Assembly: GCA_964016885.1 (NCBI GenBank)
Contig: OZ024743.1
Location: 128,774,001 to 128,838,000, forward strand
From: Eledone cirrhosa
Lineage: Eukaryota
Reading direction: 5' to 3'
DNA: 64,000 bases
The position numbers were made by a program, and so were the translations under genes. The notes beneath the pieces are model-generated. The model was given only the letters and a program-made list of their open reading frames with translations, was not told the DNA's origin and ran no database searches. Shown here piece by piece: positions 11,645 through 26,439 of this stretch. Numbering within the stretch: the first letter of the stretch is position 1; every line of letters starts with the position of its first letter.

Positions 11645-12100
11645 ATATATTATGCAAAAGGAGACAAACACAATAAGCAAACGAAAGCAACGAGAATAAT
11701 AAGCACATCGACAGTAAACGGAACCGAGAAACAGATGCAGGAAACGAAGAAAATAGAGAAAGTGGGGAGAGAGCTTCTGACAGAATTTGTTTATCAAAAA
11801 GATATTATTTCCATTCGAGATTTCGTGTTCAGATAAAAACCATACTGATTTCTTATCTAGATAATATTTTTTAAATAGTCCATTATGCGCACTGGCATGA
11901 CTGTGTTGTTAAAGAGATCGCTTTGCAGTCATGTGGTTCAGTGTTCAGCCACACTGAATGGCAACATGGGTAAGTATTTTCAACTATTGCTTCAGGTTGA
12001 CCAACGTTTTGTGAATGAAATTTGCTAGACGAAAACTGCACAGAAACCCATCGTATATATATATTTGTTTATATATATATATAAACAAGAAGTGTAAGTC

Positions 12101-12201
<101 letters not shown>

Positions 12202-12206
12202 TCATT

Positions 12207-12733
12207 TAGGTTTGTTGGTTCACCACTGGGTAGAACTGGTCATTCCGTATGGTCAACCTCGATGTAATATTAGGGAGAGCACTCGACGTAATGCAACTAA
12301 ACCCGTCTTCGTTTGTGTTGTTGGTGGTGCGAGTACGGAGTTAATTATTATAAAACAACAGGAGGCTGGACTGGTGTAATTCCTTAAAGGTTTATTGTAC
12401 TATGAACATTTCAATGACCGGGTTCAGTATGAATCCTGTGACATCATCAGGTATTCGAAATTTAACAAAGGAATATAATCCATGGGGCTAAAAAGGCAGA
12501 GACAAAAAGGCGGCCACACATTTAGCAGTTTCTAGGCGGCCGACCTGACTAGAAACTGTTAAATGTGTGGCCGCCTTCTTGTCTCTGCCTTTTCAGCCCC
12601 ATGGATTATATTCGTTGGTTAAATTTCGAATACCTGATGATGTCACCGGATTCATACTGAACCCGGTCATTGAATTGTTCATAGTATAATAAACCTTTAA
12701 GGAATTACACCAGTCCAGCCTCCTGTTGTTTTA

Positions 12734-12740
<7 letters not shown>
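12207..12740. mobile_element. Non-autonomous fold-back element (~200-bp-arm palindrome at 12341-12740 plus a 130-bp leader) between (TA)n tracts, hammerhead-bearing
   Basis: The arms are reverse complements around ~12535-12550, with CTGATGA..GAAA in the arms. Its termini are shared with 1861-3938. Confidence 0.8.
12398..12454 (-). ncRNA. Candidate minimal hammerhead; the mirror copy at 12630-12687(+) has GAAA>GAAT
   Basis: tac-CTGATGA-tgtcacaggattc atact gaacccggtcatt-GAA-atg tt cat-A-gta. The base of stem II is imperfect. Confidence 0.5.
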
Positions 12741-12807
<67 letters not shown>

Positions 12808-13529
12808 TGTGTGTGTGTTATTATATGTCCATGTCTATATACCATAACTTGGGAGTTCGACAAAAAGCGATTGATAAAATAACTCGATATGATCGACTAA
12901 ATCCCTTCACGGCGGCGCCCTGAGTGTTTGCAGACGAATGACGGAAACTAGTACAAAAGTAGAAATATAAAATCACCAATTTACAATTATCAATAAAGTT
13001 TTAGGATATTTTCAGTTATAGTCGCCATTTTCTAACATCTTTAGGTTGTTCTAGTAACATTACTGAATTAAAAAAGAGATAATAGTAAAATTAAACCGAC
13101 AGTTATTCTGATAATATTTTGTTTGTATATGGAATGGGCCGCTGTCGTTTTCGACGATGGGTGCTTAAGTTGTTAGAACAGCGGAACAGCCTACTCGTGA
13201 AGTTAACGTGTAAGTGACTGAGAATTCTACAGACACGTGTAAACGTAATGTTTAAGGAAATTCACCATGATAGTGTGTGATAAGGGTGGTTTTTTGGAAT
13301 ATAGGTGCAATCTTTGGCGTTATGAAGTAATAAATAAGACTCGCCTTCCATTACGTACGAACTTAAACCTACAGCCAGTAGGCATCCCTTCAACCCAATA
13401 TACACTCCACCCAACGCCCCCTACTCCATCCTCCCACTTCCACACACACCACACTTTCTCTGTAAAGTTCTGTTGGTACCACAGAACTCCCAGTTCACAC
13501 TGTAAATTGGTTATGTAGGAGACACGGTA

Positions 13530-13900
13530 AAAAAGGCTTCCCGTCCACACTGTAAATGTGGTTGGCGTTATGAAGGGCATCCAGCCGTAGAAAGCCAGCC
13601 AGAAACAGTTCTATACGAGCGAGACACGATCATCCGACCAATCTTGTTTCAAGTGGAACAAACCCGTCTAACCTATGCTAGCGTAGAAGATGGACATTAA
13701 ACGATGATGATTATGATGATGATGATGATGATGAATCCATTCAATGGGCTTCGAAACAGTTTCCGTTTACTAAATGTTACTCACAAGGCTAGGTCTTCTC
13801 GCGTTTATGGTAAATGAAACTTGCCAAAGATATGCCACGCAGTGGAATCGAACCCGGGGCCTAAAGATTGCGAAGCGAACTTCTTAACCATTCGGTCATG
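13530..13900. mobile_element. SINE/LINE-tail remnants: a plus-strand piece ending in (GAT)n and a minus-strand tRNA-headed piece
   Basis: (GAT)n at ~13703-13733; ggaatcgaaccc (B-box on minus) at ~13844. Confidence 0.55.
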
Positions 13901-14132
13901 CTACATGCACTGCGTTTATATAACAGTAACCAGCTACACCTTGTTTCAGTTAATGGTACATGTTTCAGATTTACCTATACATTTTATAAATTTGCCAAGT
14001 GAAGAAATGAGCCCCAGGAAACTGATTCGGGTCGGAAAACATTATACAAAAAAGATCATGAATTTCGTAAGTTTGTAAGGTATGGTGGAAAAGAGGAATC
14101 TGGCGTTTTGGGGTTTCCACTTCTTGTGAGAG

Positions 14133-14400
14133 TGGAGGCACGTGACCTAGTGGTAAGGGTGTTGGACTATCGTGGGTTCGATTCCAGAACTGGGTTGTGT
14201 GTTGTGTTCTTGAGCAAAACACTTCATTTCACATTGCTCCAGTATACTTAGCTAACAATGAGTACCAGCAATAGCTGGAGGTTTAACTCTGCGATGGACT
14301 GGCGTCCATCCAATGGGGAGACTTGTACTCTCAGTCGCTTCGCGCCATGAAACCGGGATAAACACCAACTCAACGCGATGGCCTGCAGTACACGAGGGCA
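14133..14400 (+). mobile_element. tRNA-derived SINE (family 2)
   Basis: A-box tgacctagtgg, B-box ggttcgattcc, core ttgagcaaaacacttcatttcac. Related copy at 14590-14840. Confidence 0.75.
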
Positions 14401-14589
14401 TGCATGCATAGAAATAAAATAACAGGAATCATTGTTAATGAAAACATTATAACAATAATTGTAATATATTATTATATTTCAAAGTACCAGTAATGTACTG
14501 GGTAATTGCTGGCCTTGTGCCAAAAAGTAGAAACAATTAATCACTGTTATGGAGCTGCTGGTTGAGAGTAAATGACGACAAAATTAGGC

Positions 14590-14840
14590 TTAAAAGGGTG
14601 CTGAATTTACGATCGTAATGTCATGGGTTCGATTCCTCGGTTGTCCTGCATGTTGTCTTCTTGAGAAAAAACACTTCATTTTACGTTGCTCCAGTGTACT
14701 CAGCTGAAGATGAGTACCAACAATAACTGGGGGCTTAACCATGCGATGGACTAGCGTCCTGTCCAGGGTGGAGTTTTGTACTCGTAGTCGCTTCACGCCT
14801 CAGAAACCGGGATAAGTACCGGCCTGGTGAGCTTCTGGGT
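14590..14840 (+). mobile_element. tRNA-derived SINE (family 2)
   Basis: B-box ggttcgattcc and a body shared with 14133-14400. Confidence 0.7.
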
Positions 14841-15184
14841 TCGAAACAGACAAACTTCTTGTAAATAAGAGAAAAACTGAAAATGAATTTTTTGTGGCAA
14901 TTGATTTTTAATTTCTTGAAATTTTTCTTTTTTTCTTTGAAAGACGCTAAACATTGCCGGTAGTATTTTGTTTTCATTCTTCAACAAAGAAAAAAATTTC
15001 AGCTCATTGTGAATTTTTTTTGCGTGCGCCATTCAGTAAAACACCACCTACATGAATTATGTAGCTTTTGACAGAGCCTCTACGTGCTGCTTGTCTTGCT
15101 AGACATAGCAGCCAAACACATCCAACTGTCTCTAAAAAATAAAAAAAAAGGTACGACATACTGGATAATGTAACCTAAGACAAA

Positions 15185-15822
15185 TAATTGTTTCTACTTT
15201 TGGTACAAGGTCACCAATTATCCCAGTGCATCACTGGTACTTTATTTTATCGACCCCGTAATGATGAAAGGCAAAGTTAACCTCGGGATGATTTGAACTC
15301 AGACCATAAAGGGCCGTAACTCTTTGCTGCAAAGCATGGCGTCCGACCCTCTACCGATACTGCCAATGCACCTAGTGATGTCTAGTATAGGCACAAGGCC
15401 AGTAATTTGGGGGGAGGGAAAAGTAGATTAAATCGACCCCAGTACGTTACTGGTGCTTTATTTTATCGACCCCGTAAAGATGAAAGGCAAAGTTAACCTT
15501 GGCGGGATTTGAACTCAGATCGTAAAGGTGTGTAACTCTATGCTACAAAGTATGGCGTCTAATCCTCCACCGATACTGCCAATCCACCGAAAGCGAGAAA
15601 GTTTTTAGTCATAGTTCTGCTTATTCAAGATGGAACAACAGCGACAGCAACAACAGCATAAATATATGTATTTCCCATGACTAAGTTGGTATTTAGAACA
15701 TTATTCAAAGATTTTTACACAATATAATTGTTTCTACTTTAGGCACAAGGCCAGCAATTACCCAGTGCATTACTGGTACTTTATTTTATCGACCCTGTAA
15801 GGATGAAAGGCAAAGTCAACAT
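15185..15822 (-). mobile_element. Cluster of three family-1 SINE copies (15185-15370, 15385-15590, partial 15725-15822)
   Basis: Each has ttttatcgaccc(c/t)gtaa.gatgaaaggcaaagt.aac; the first two carry atttgaactc (B-box on minus). Confidence 0.8.
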
Positions 15823-15987
15823 AATATAATGATGGAAGGTTTTTTATATAAATATAAATTCTTTAAAGCTAAGCAAGCAGTCGTAAACCTATCAACATGA
15901 GAATTTATATTGAAATATTTTCCAGTTCCAATTCATATTTATTTTTCTTTTAGTCAAATCAACTATTACATTCGTTTGCTACGAGGT

Positions 15988-16060
15988 GGCCGCGTGGCCT
16001 AATGGATAAGGCGTCTGACTTCGAATCAGAAAATTGCGAGTTCGAGTCTCGTCGTGGTCA
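15988..16060 (+). tRNA. tRNA-Arg (anticodon TCG)
   Basis: 73-nt cloverleaf: acceptor GGCCGCG/CGTGGTC, D arm GCCT..AGGC, anticodon arm TCTGA-CT-TCG-AA-TCAGA, T arm GCGAG-TTCGAGT-CTCGT. A T-run follows ~12 nt downstream. Confidence 0.9.
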
Positions 16061-16309
16061 AAGAGGTATTTATTTTTTCTATCAAACAAAACATTTTCTT
16101 TTTATTTATTAATCATATCATATATATGTAGTGTGTTTTGCACAGCAAACCAACTTCTTGAACTATTTATACTTACTGATGTAGACCAATAGTGGTTTCT
16201 TCTGAGTCTAGTGCTTTTCGCATGGAAAGTTTAATGAAATTGAAGGGAAAATGCTATTCAGCAAGTCTCTAATACTGCTGTGATATATGGGGACATCATG
16301 GTTATATAA

Positions 16310-16800
16310 TGTCTTAGGGGCTGATCCCATGGCGTGGCATCTTTGGCAAGTGTTATTTATCATAGCAATGGGTTGACCCAAGCCTTGTAAGTGACATTTA
16401 AGAGACGAAAACTGTTTGGAACCCCGTCGGATGGACTGTATCTGTACTTAGACAATTATTTTAAGGATACACGTGTCTTTATAATACTCAGCCTCTTACA
16501 TTTTAATACAGCATTGATTGTACATGCAATTGAAAAGGTCAGCCACGTCATATATGCATCACGTTGAGTCTCATTGGCAATTACGTTAAGGGCACGCGTG
16601 TCTGCGGAATACTCAACCACTTACACTATAATGCAATTTGGGCAGTACCTGTAATTCAAAGAGCCAGGCTTGTCACATTGTATAACACGCTGAATCTCCT
16701 TGGGAATTATGTTACGGGCACACGTATCTGTGGTTTACTCAACCACTTGAATAACAACTTGCTCAGCAGGATGTTCCGTTGACCTTAGAAGTGTAACACT
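16310..16800 (+). mobile_element. Decayed SINE-like interspersed repeats; related pieces at ~11890-12050, ~13150-13300 (-), ~27040-27270 and ~36180-36330
   Basis: Shared motifs such as gacgaaaactg..gaa.ccc.tcg and aattacg.taagg..acacgtgtctg.ggaatactcaaccactt. Confidence 0.5.
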
Positions 16801-16888
16801 CGGACAGGGATCCATTCCATTCCATTAGCTTGTATTTTTACCAACCCTGCTGTGTGTGTGTGTGTGTGTGTTTATAAGAATTGGAATA

Positions 16889-16956
<68 letters not shown>

Positions 16957-16957
<1 letters not shown>

Positions 16958-19900
16958 TAGCAGCAGTACCCAGCGTTGCCTGGGTAGGTAAAATAATATC
17001 TGTTTGATGAAAAGGTGTTGATCTTAGCGACTGCTTCTCGATGACTTATCTATGGCCACACACAGGCCATGCGGGGGAGGGTGGTGATGACCTCTATCAC
17101 TGAGAAACGCGGGTGACTGACGAAGGGGCATGCTGGGGGAGGGAGGTAATGACCTCTAACACTAAGCCAAATTTCCTCACGCTACTTGATTGGAAACCGA
17201 TGAATTCTCAAATATACAACTAAAAGCTCAGACGACGTCAGTGGCCATCGTTTTGCCTTTGACCATCAACAGGATAATTGGATGGAATTATAGAATTGTA
17301 AACATTTGCAGCAAATGGTGAAAAGTTAAGATGATTTGCTGCAAATGCTGAGAATTTAGAAGAAGTCGTATTAAAGATTGAAATGGCTGCCACGCCGTCC
17401 CTGACCAACAAATACGAAATGTGAAGCATTTAGAAGATGTGTAATGGAAAGTTCTATCTGAGGATTGAAGTTGACAGATGACAATGTCACAATGGTGAAC
17501 GCGATTGCAGGACGGATTGAAAGCAGGCGCAGCGGAGGTGTTTGAGGTCTGACCGTAATCAAAAGGCTCAAGTTATCAAGTTTGTTGAACCAAGAGCAGA
17601 GGTGCACAGAAAGGCAGTGGATACTACTTACCGATGGCAATGTAACAGTGGTGAACGCGACAGCAGGTCAGATTGAAAGCAGGAGCAGCGGAGGTGTTTG
17701 AGGTCTGACCGTAAGCAAAAGGCTCAAGTTATCATCAAGTTGTTGAACCAAGAACAGAGGTGCATAGAAAGGCAGTGGATATTGCTTATCGATGGCAATA
17801 TTACAATCATGAACATGGCTGCACAACAGAGTCAGAAACTTCTGCGGATGTGTTTGAGGTCTGTGAAAGAAAGTGGTGAAAGCGGAAGTTAACATCAATG
17901 GCTTGCAGACAAATTATACAATTGTACACCATGGGTATGATGTACTTGAATTACAGTCAGATTAATGTCTGCTTACCATAATGTTGTGTGGTGTGTTCGG
18001 CCTCATCTGTTATAGAACTTCTGGGTAAACAATATTCTTGGTTTTTCCATGTTGAGTTAGAGCAAAAAGGCAGTTTTTGCCTCCTACTCTGGAGCAGCCG
18101 ACGTAGAGTTGACCATGTGTAAAGCATGGCTCTTTCAAATGAAGCTCTGCGACAGAAAGGGTCTGGCCTTGAGATTTGTTAATTGATATGGCGAAGCTGA
18201 GACGAATTGGGAATTGTAACTGTTTGAAAGAGAATGGAATGTCACCTCCTGATGGCACGAATGGAATTCTAGGGATGAACACATCCTTGCCTTTGCCGCA
18301 TCCCGAAACGATGGTGGCTTCAATGACATATTTCATTAGCTTCTTGATCACCAAGCGCGTCCCGTTGCATAATTTTGGAGGATCGAGATTTCTAAGCATC
18401 ACCGGCGTTCCTACTTTGAGGGCGAGTCGATGTGGTGGAAGACCATGAGGCTCCAACGAATTAAGAAATTCGATAGGAAAGTGAACCACTTCCTCAGGAT
18501 TTGTGACTGAGTCAACAAAAGTGTATGTTGTTGAACTTCCGGGAAGGGTTTGCAGCAACTGCTCGTTAATAGCCTGCACGGTCGTGTTTTTTGGTGCTAG
18601 AATCGCTCTCTCGCACAGCCAGTCAAGGTTTTGAAAATTGACCTGGAGGTTGGAGAAGACGTGCCTCTTGAGATCATCATCAGTGTCAACTGATGTGCAA
18701 ACTGAATCCACGCTCACCTCGCCGTCTGCATTAAGGGGTAGAACACCATCGCCAAGCTGAAGAAGGTCTGTAGCAAAGTTAGCGGACTGTTGGTCGCCGA
18801 ACAGATGTGCCCTCATGTTGGTAGTAAGAGACAGAACAGTTACATGCTGCCACAAAGGAGAAGACTTGAGGCATGCCTTGACTTCATCTGCCTTAGTTCC
18901 TTTAGGAATAACGGGAAGAGTCTGCCTGAAATCCCCCGACAGAAGAAGTGTAACACCGCCAATTATAGACTGAGAGTCTCTGAGGTCCATCAGTGTATTA
19001 TTAAGCGCTTCAAGAGCTCGCCGATGAGCTATTGTGCATTCATCCCATACTATCAGTCGACATCGTTTAAGCAGTTGCCCCCTGTCGGAGTTTTTACTGA
19101 TGTTGCATGAGGGCGCTTCCGATGTTGACAAATTCAGCGGCAGCTTAAAGACAGAATGCGCGGTTCTACCACCAGGGAGTAAAGTTGCTGCGATGCCAGA
19201 TGATGCAACAGCTAACATAATGTGTCTGTGTTAACGCAATTTTGCGAGAAGAAGTGTATTAACAAAAGTTTTTCCTGTATCTCCAGGAGTGCCGAGAAAG
19301 AAAATACCGCCTTTTTGCTGCCTCACATGTTCGAAAATTGTTCTGTAAGCTGTCAATTACTCAGGGAGAAGTTTTGGCTCCGTAGTGGCCACATATTCCG
19401 CGAGAGCGCCGACATCGTACGAAGTTTCTCGAATGATGTCGGTTAGCACGGTATTCAAGCCGGTACGGACAGCTTTTGGCATGCCAAACGATGGTAAGTC
19501 CAGTCCACCAAGTAGAATAACTTTGTCTTCAATGTCAACCAATGCGCAGTTGTAGACGTCGTCATTTCCGCTCCACAAATCTTGACAATGCAATTGGGCG
19601 TTTCGGAAGAAATCCTCAGAGAGATCGTCTTTGAATTTTCTCCACAGGTTAGCAGGATCACTAAGTTCGCCTGTTTGTAGCAGTAGCGCGAACAGTGTTC
19701 GGAGACTTCGCGGTGACTTGGAAAGAGCAGCCTCTCCCAACGTAGTGTCCCACTGCGAGTCGTCCTCAAGAAGTCCGTGTTTCAGACAGGCCTCCCTATA
19801 TGTTGTGCATATGCATCCACTGACAGTTTTCAGGTCCTGAAAAGATGTTGGACCTCGGACTTGGTGCAGGAACAGACGGAGGTAGAAGCATTCCCTCTGG

Positions 19901-22810
19901 CTGGGATGGACCGGGTGAACGCGCCCTAGATATTTTACATATTTGATGCCGTCATAGCCGTCAACGTTTTCGCCAGTCTTCCGTCGTGTCCACCTATGTT
20001 TGTTCCACGTGTAGTAGGATGGAAGTTGAGGATAAAGCAGGGTCCGTGTTAAGGGGTCTGATTGGCACAATTTGAAAAAGGCTGTGAGGGTGGTGTCTCG
20101 TGGTTCTTCAGCCAAATGAGCAGTGTTTGTTTCTGTGAAGTAGACTCGCTGACCATTTTAAAGGTGCACAGCAAGTTATTCAATGGGTGGATGTCGCTGG
20201 TGTAATTTGAATCCGAATATTCTCCAGAAACTTTCATTACTACTAATATACCGCCCAATGTGATACTGCATCACCTCATCCAGGCTGTGATCTTGTTGAA
20301 ACTGAAACATGGCAGCGTCGGAACCCTTGATGACATACTTACAAATGTATTTGATTGACTTGACCAAGTTGCAAAACTCCACGTTGATGTGAGCGTTGAA
20401 AGTCTTGAGAAGAAGGGAACAGTATGGAACGACCCATCTGTTGTCAACCTCGTGTCGTCCAATAATTGCAGTAAAACTGCCATTGCCTGGTTTCTTCCGC
20501 CTGTACGATGGGTATCCATCGGACCCAGTCTGAGTTTCAGTGAGAAACGTTTTTGGAAAGTTTTTGGAGCAGACGTTGTGTTTCAAGCAGGGACACTTGG
20601 TATTGAAGCCACGTCCACATGGACCGTGCACCGCATTCGACTTCACGATTTCGTACAGATCTCTGTCTGTGGACGGATCCGGCAGCTCGGCCGAGATGAA
20701 CTTATCAATCGTATTGGAATGAATCTTATGTGAAAGTCAAATAAGAATGTGGGCGTGTGGAAGACCTCTTTTTTGCCACTCCACTGTGTACATGTCTGCT
20801 CTAACTGGTCCAAATACCTGCCCATGTATCCATTAGTCCATTAGTTTTGTTAGCTTCAATCGGAAGACCCGAGCTAGGACGTCCTGCTTGTCTTTTGCTT
20901 TCTGACCCGGAAAGAGTGACACCACGATCTCCGTCCACTTGGGATTGCAAGTAAATATTATGAATAAGTCCGGTCTGCCGTAATGCCGCACATATGTCAT
21001 AGCATCTTGAGTCCTTTCATTCATATATCGAGGACCTCCGACGAATGTGAAAGGCAGAATACATTGTTGTCCGATTTCTCCTGGTGAAACATCGTTATTG
21101 ATGGCGTCGCGAAGATGAATGTATTTTTCTGCCCCTAGTTTACGATGATTAAGCTTTATAAATCGAAGTCGCTCCACTCCATTTTTACGCACATGTCGAC
21201 GGCAAATTGTTAGTATGAACTTTGGGAGCGTTGAATGTGGTTGAAGCTGTGGATGCGTGTCATAAATCGGTGTGAGTAGAACTGCATACACGAAACTGTT
21301 TTGTTCAATTGCACTGTGGACGTGCTAGGTCTGTGCTGAGGAATACTAATGCGGTACCCGTCTTCACCATAAGCAAACAGCAGTGGATATTGAAGTGCAT
21401 CGTAGGACCTATGAGTTTCGCAAATACGCTGACGGGCACTGTCACGACGCCTAAGAACGATGTCTCTGTGATTGTGCTGGTCACCATGAAGAAGAACGGC
21501 AATCTCATTGCTTGTAGGTGAATTAAAGCGGCCAACATGCTCCCCTGGGGGCCTTTTGTCGACATTGATAACCACATTGAAGTCAGACATGGGCGCGCTG
21601 TCTAGCGCACACTTGAAGCTGCGGACGTAGCTGTTGTGTGTATGAAGCATCTCTTGAAGTTGTAATATCTGCTGAAGTTCAGTACCGGGTGAGATGGAAG
21701 TGCGCTTTGCGGCCTGTTTATGTAAGTCTCCAACGAAGTATATTTGGAGGAATTGGGGCTCTTCATTTGTATGAGGTTGGAGAGATCCTATTCTATGGTA
21801 TACTTGCCCCTGAACTTTAAATGTAGGCATGAAACCGTCTTCCTTAACAATGTTTGCTCCAAACGATGTCATCTGAAAGGCGCAGTTGTATTTCCGGATA
21901 TTTTCAAGGAAGTGCTTAGACTCCGCTGTTTCACCTGCCAGATACGTCTTCAATGGCTCAGGTGGATCAAGTAGGAAAGGTAAGCTGACCTTCCATTCGT
22001 GCAGCACATCCCAGATGGTTCACCTGGCCACTTCATGGCATTGCAGTAGGTGCAAATGGTGGACATATCGCCAATGATCACATCAGCATGGGTGGCATAA
22101 TTGAAGGTTGGGCTATATTCAAACGCCTTAAGTAGCCATCGCGAACTGGAATGCCTTGAAATACCATTTCTGGAAAGGCTTCTTTGAAGATTACTCTGCA
22201 ACCGATCACGCCTTTCCGATGATGTCTCCGCAGCCCGTGCAGTGGCCGTCGACATTGCGTTTCTTCTTTGTCTGCGAACGCGCTGACCCTCATTTTCAGA
22301 AGCTCGTGCACTGGCCTTCGACACAGCGTGTCTTGTCTGTCGGCGGACGCGCCGATCCTCCGTTTCAGCAGCGCGTGCAGCGGCCGTGGACATTGCGTTT
22401 CTAGTTCGTCTTATTTCGGCATTTTGTAGTGGCTCATTTGCTCGTCTATTTGTCATACTTCTGCCTCTCGCCGTTTTCCGACCAATTTTGTTACTCTTCT
22501 TCGGAGGCATTATCTAAAGAGTAGTTTAAGCACATCTGGAATGGCACCCATGAAAGAGATTAATGCAGAGAACAGTATAGCCGGATTGTACAAAGTAACC
22601 ATTTCTCGCAGACTTAAAAAGTTAAAGAATTATAGTTGACACCCGGTTGTAGTAGAGGTCAATAGTGTGAACTGGGATGAACGGAGTCCAACTTGGAATC
22701 AAACCTGGTTGGAAATTCATGAGCTGGCGAGTTTCTTGAAAATCGGTCGTAAGGTGTAGCAAATGGCGAAATGTTGAGTGAAATCGTATATAATTTTATA
22801 TATATACAGA
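16957..22810 (-). mobile_element. Full-length Helitron (~5.85 kb), coding region disrupted
   Basis: On minus it begins A|TCtgtatatatataaaa at 22810 and ends with hairpin tacccag-gcaacg-ctgggta then ctgctgCTAG|T at 16957. RepHel motifs lie inside. Confidence 0.93.
18010..22510 (-). pseudogene. Helitron Rep/PIF1-helicase (RepHel), broken by several frameshifts and stops
   Basis: Zn-finger-like CTYC..MCC; YNCAFQMTSFG; HRSYDALQYPL; GGPRYM..GRPDLFIIFTCNPKW; HUH motif VEWQKRGLPHAHIL at ~20745-20790; KYICKY. Helicase PGDTGKT, LIVWDE, GDFRQTLP, INKSQGQT and HGQLYVGCSRV. Confidence 0.93.
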
Positions 22811-22851
22811 TATACGTATATAAAATAGAGAGAAAGATTATATATATATAA

Positions 22852-22982
<131 letters not shown>

Positions 22983-23341
22983 AACATACAGATCGATGTA
23001 GGAGTGTAGATATTAAGTGATGTCGTCTGCTGAGTTAACGGTGAAAGTTTATATGGATTGACGATTTCTCTTACATTCGTCCTTTTTCATTAGTAGTCTC
23101 ATGATAGAATGGTGTTGATGTTTCTTAAGAAGATTTTACTTAAATATTTTGTTCAATGTATTTTTAGCTGGTAGAGCGACCAAGAAGTCATTTGTCATTG
23201 TGTGGCAATTGTTTTAACCGATTAGAGTAACTATCAACGGGAAATAATTTCTTCTGTCCTGCTTCTTAGGTATCAAGATTTACTTCCCTTTAATTTGTTT
23301 TAACTAAGATTTTGTGTATTTGTTGACTTATTTTTGAATAT

Positions 23342-24920
<1,579 letters not shown>

Positions 24921-25145
24921 ATATTATGTCAACATGGCTGCTACCGCTGTTAATGCAATTCTTTCAAAATTCTTCTTCGGTAGGGGTCTAGTGGTAGATG
25001 GAAAGCATTCTCCAATATTATATTGAGTGAACTTACGTAGGGTTATTTTTTTCATGTCATACAGGGACCACCAGCCGGCGTGAATTTCTGTAATAGCACA
25101 ATAGATGATATTAACAAATATATGTGTATATATATAAATATTTAA

Positions 25146-25181
<36 letters not shown>

Positions 25182-25242
25182 ATATATATGTATATATATA
25201 TATATGTAAATATATATATGTATATATATGTACATATATATA

Positions 25243-25295
<53 letters not shown>

Positions 25296-25542
25296 ATATA
25301 TAGGAAACAGCTTATGTTTCAAGCATGTTATACTAAAATTTTGTATAGGATTTTTTTCATATAAGATTTTGTAAAAAATCCTTATTTGTTCTTTAAATTT
25401 AGCTGGGAGCAATAGCATTCCTCAATCCTTAAGTCTATTAACGTTTTGAGAGGTTCACAGCGCCATTTTAGAATAAAGAATGGCGGTTTTGTGGCATACA
25501 CACATACACTGAGAAACACACACTCATATGCACACACACACA

Positions 25543-25602
<60 letters not shown>

Positions 25603-25750
25603 GTAAGAATATTTTCGAAACAGCGAGTGGGTTTGAAATTATTAGAAATGTAAGTTATCGCCGTATTTTGACTAAAGAAATTAAAGAAATTATTTAGCCT
25701 GATAGTGGGGTTAAGAACCCTCGGAGAAATGGAAAAAGATGAGTATTGAC

Positions 25751-25816
<66 letters not shown>

Positions 25817-25889
25817 CTGCACCTACCTTAGCTGCACACCAATCGACCAAATTGCAGTCAGGACATTGAAGTAAAATTATTTAAATATC

Positions 25890-25930
<41 letters not shown>

Positions 25931-25931
<1 letters not shown>

Positions 25932-26439
25932 TAGCTAAAGTACCTTTGAATACATAGAAGAAAAACGTACTTTATGTAAACATGAAAACCTTAGGCACTA
26001 TTCCATCGAAATAATTAATATGTGTCATCCGTTTTCCCATGTAAAAACAGAAATCCAGTCTAGGTATAAATTTGTTTGACAACAGTAAAACCTTTTGTTT
26101 CAAGTACAAAGAGTAAAGTAAAATCCGAATGAGCCGAATTGTAATAATCAAAATCCCAAAACAAAATTTTTGACAACATCAAAAATGAGTTCCTACTGTA
26201 TTGACGAAAGATAACTCTTGTCTTACTTAATCACGAAAATTGACACAAATAACCGAAACTTTTTAATGCCTCCAAAGGCCCCAATATCAATTTTTGAAGG
26301 CCTTTGTAGATCATGTACAGGTTTTGTGCAAGGAGAAGGTCTGTAAAAAATTTCAAAGAAATGAATGGTTTAGAATATATGAGCCCTCATTAAAAATTGT
26401 CCACACACACAGAAAACTTCAGCTTTATATATATACAGA
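25931..26439 (-). mobile_element. Non-autonomous Helitron (~510 bp)
   Basis: On minus it begins A|TCtgtatatatataaagctgaag, matching the autonomous 5' end, and ends gtactttagCTAG|T in a TA tract. No subterminal hairpin is evident. Confidence 0.7.
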
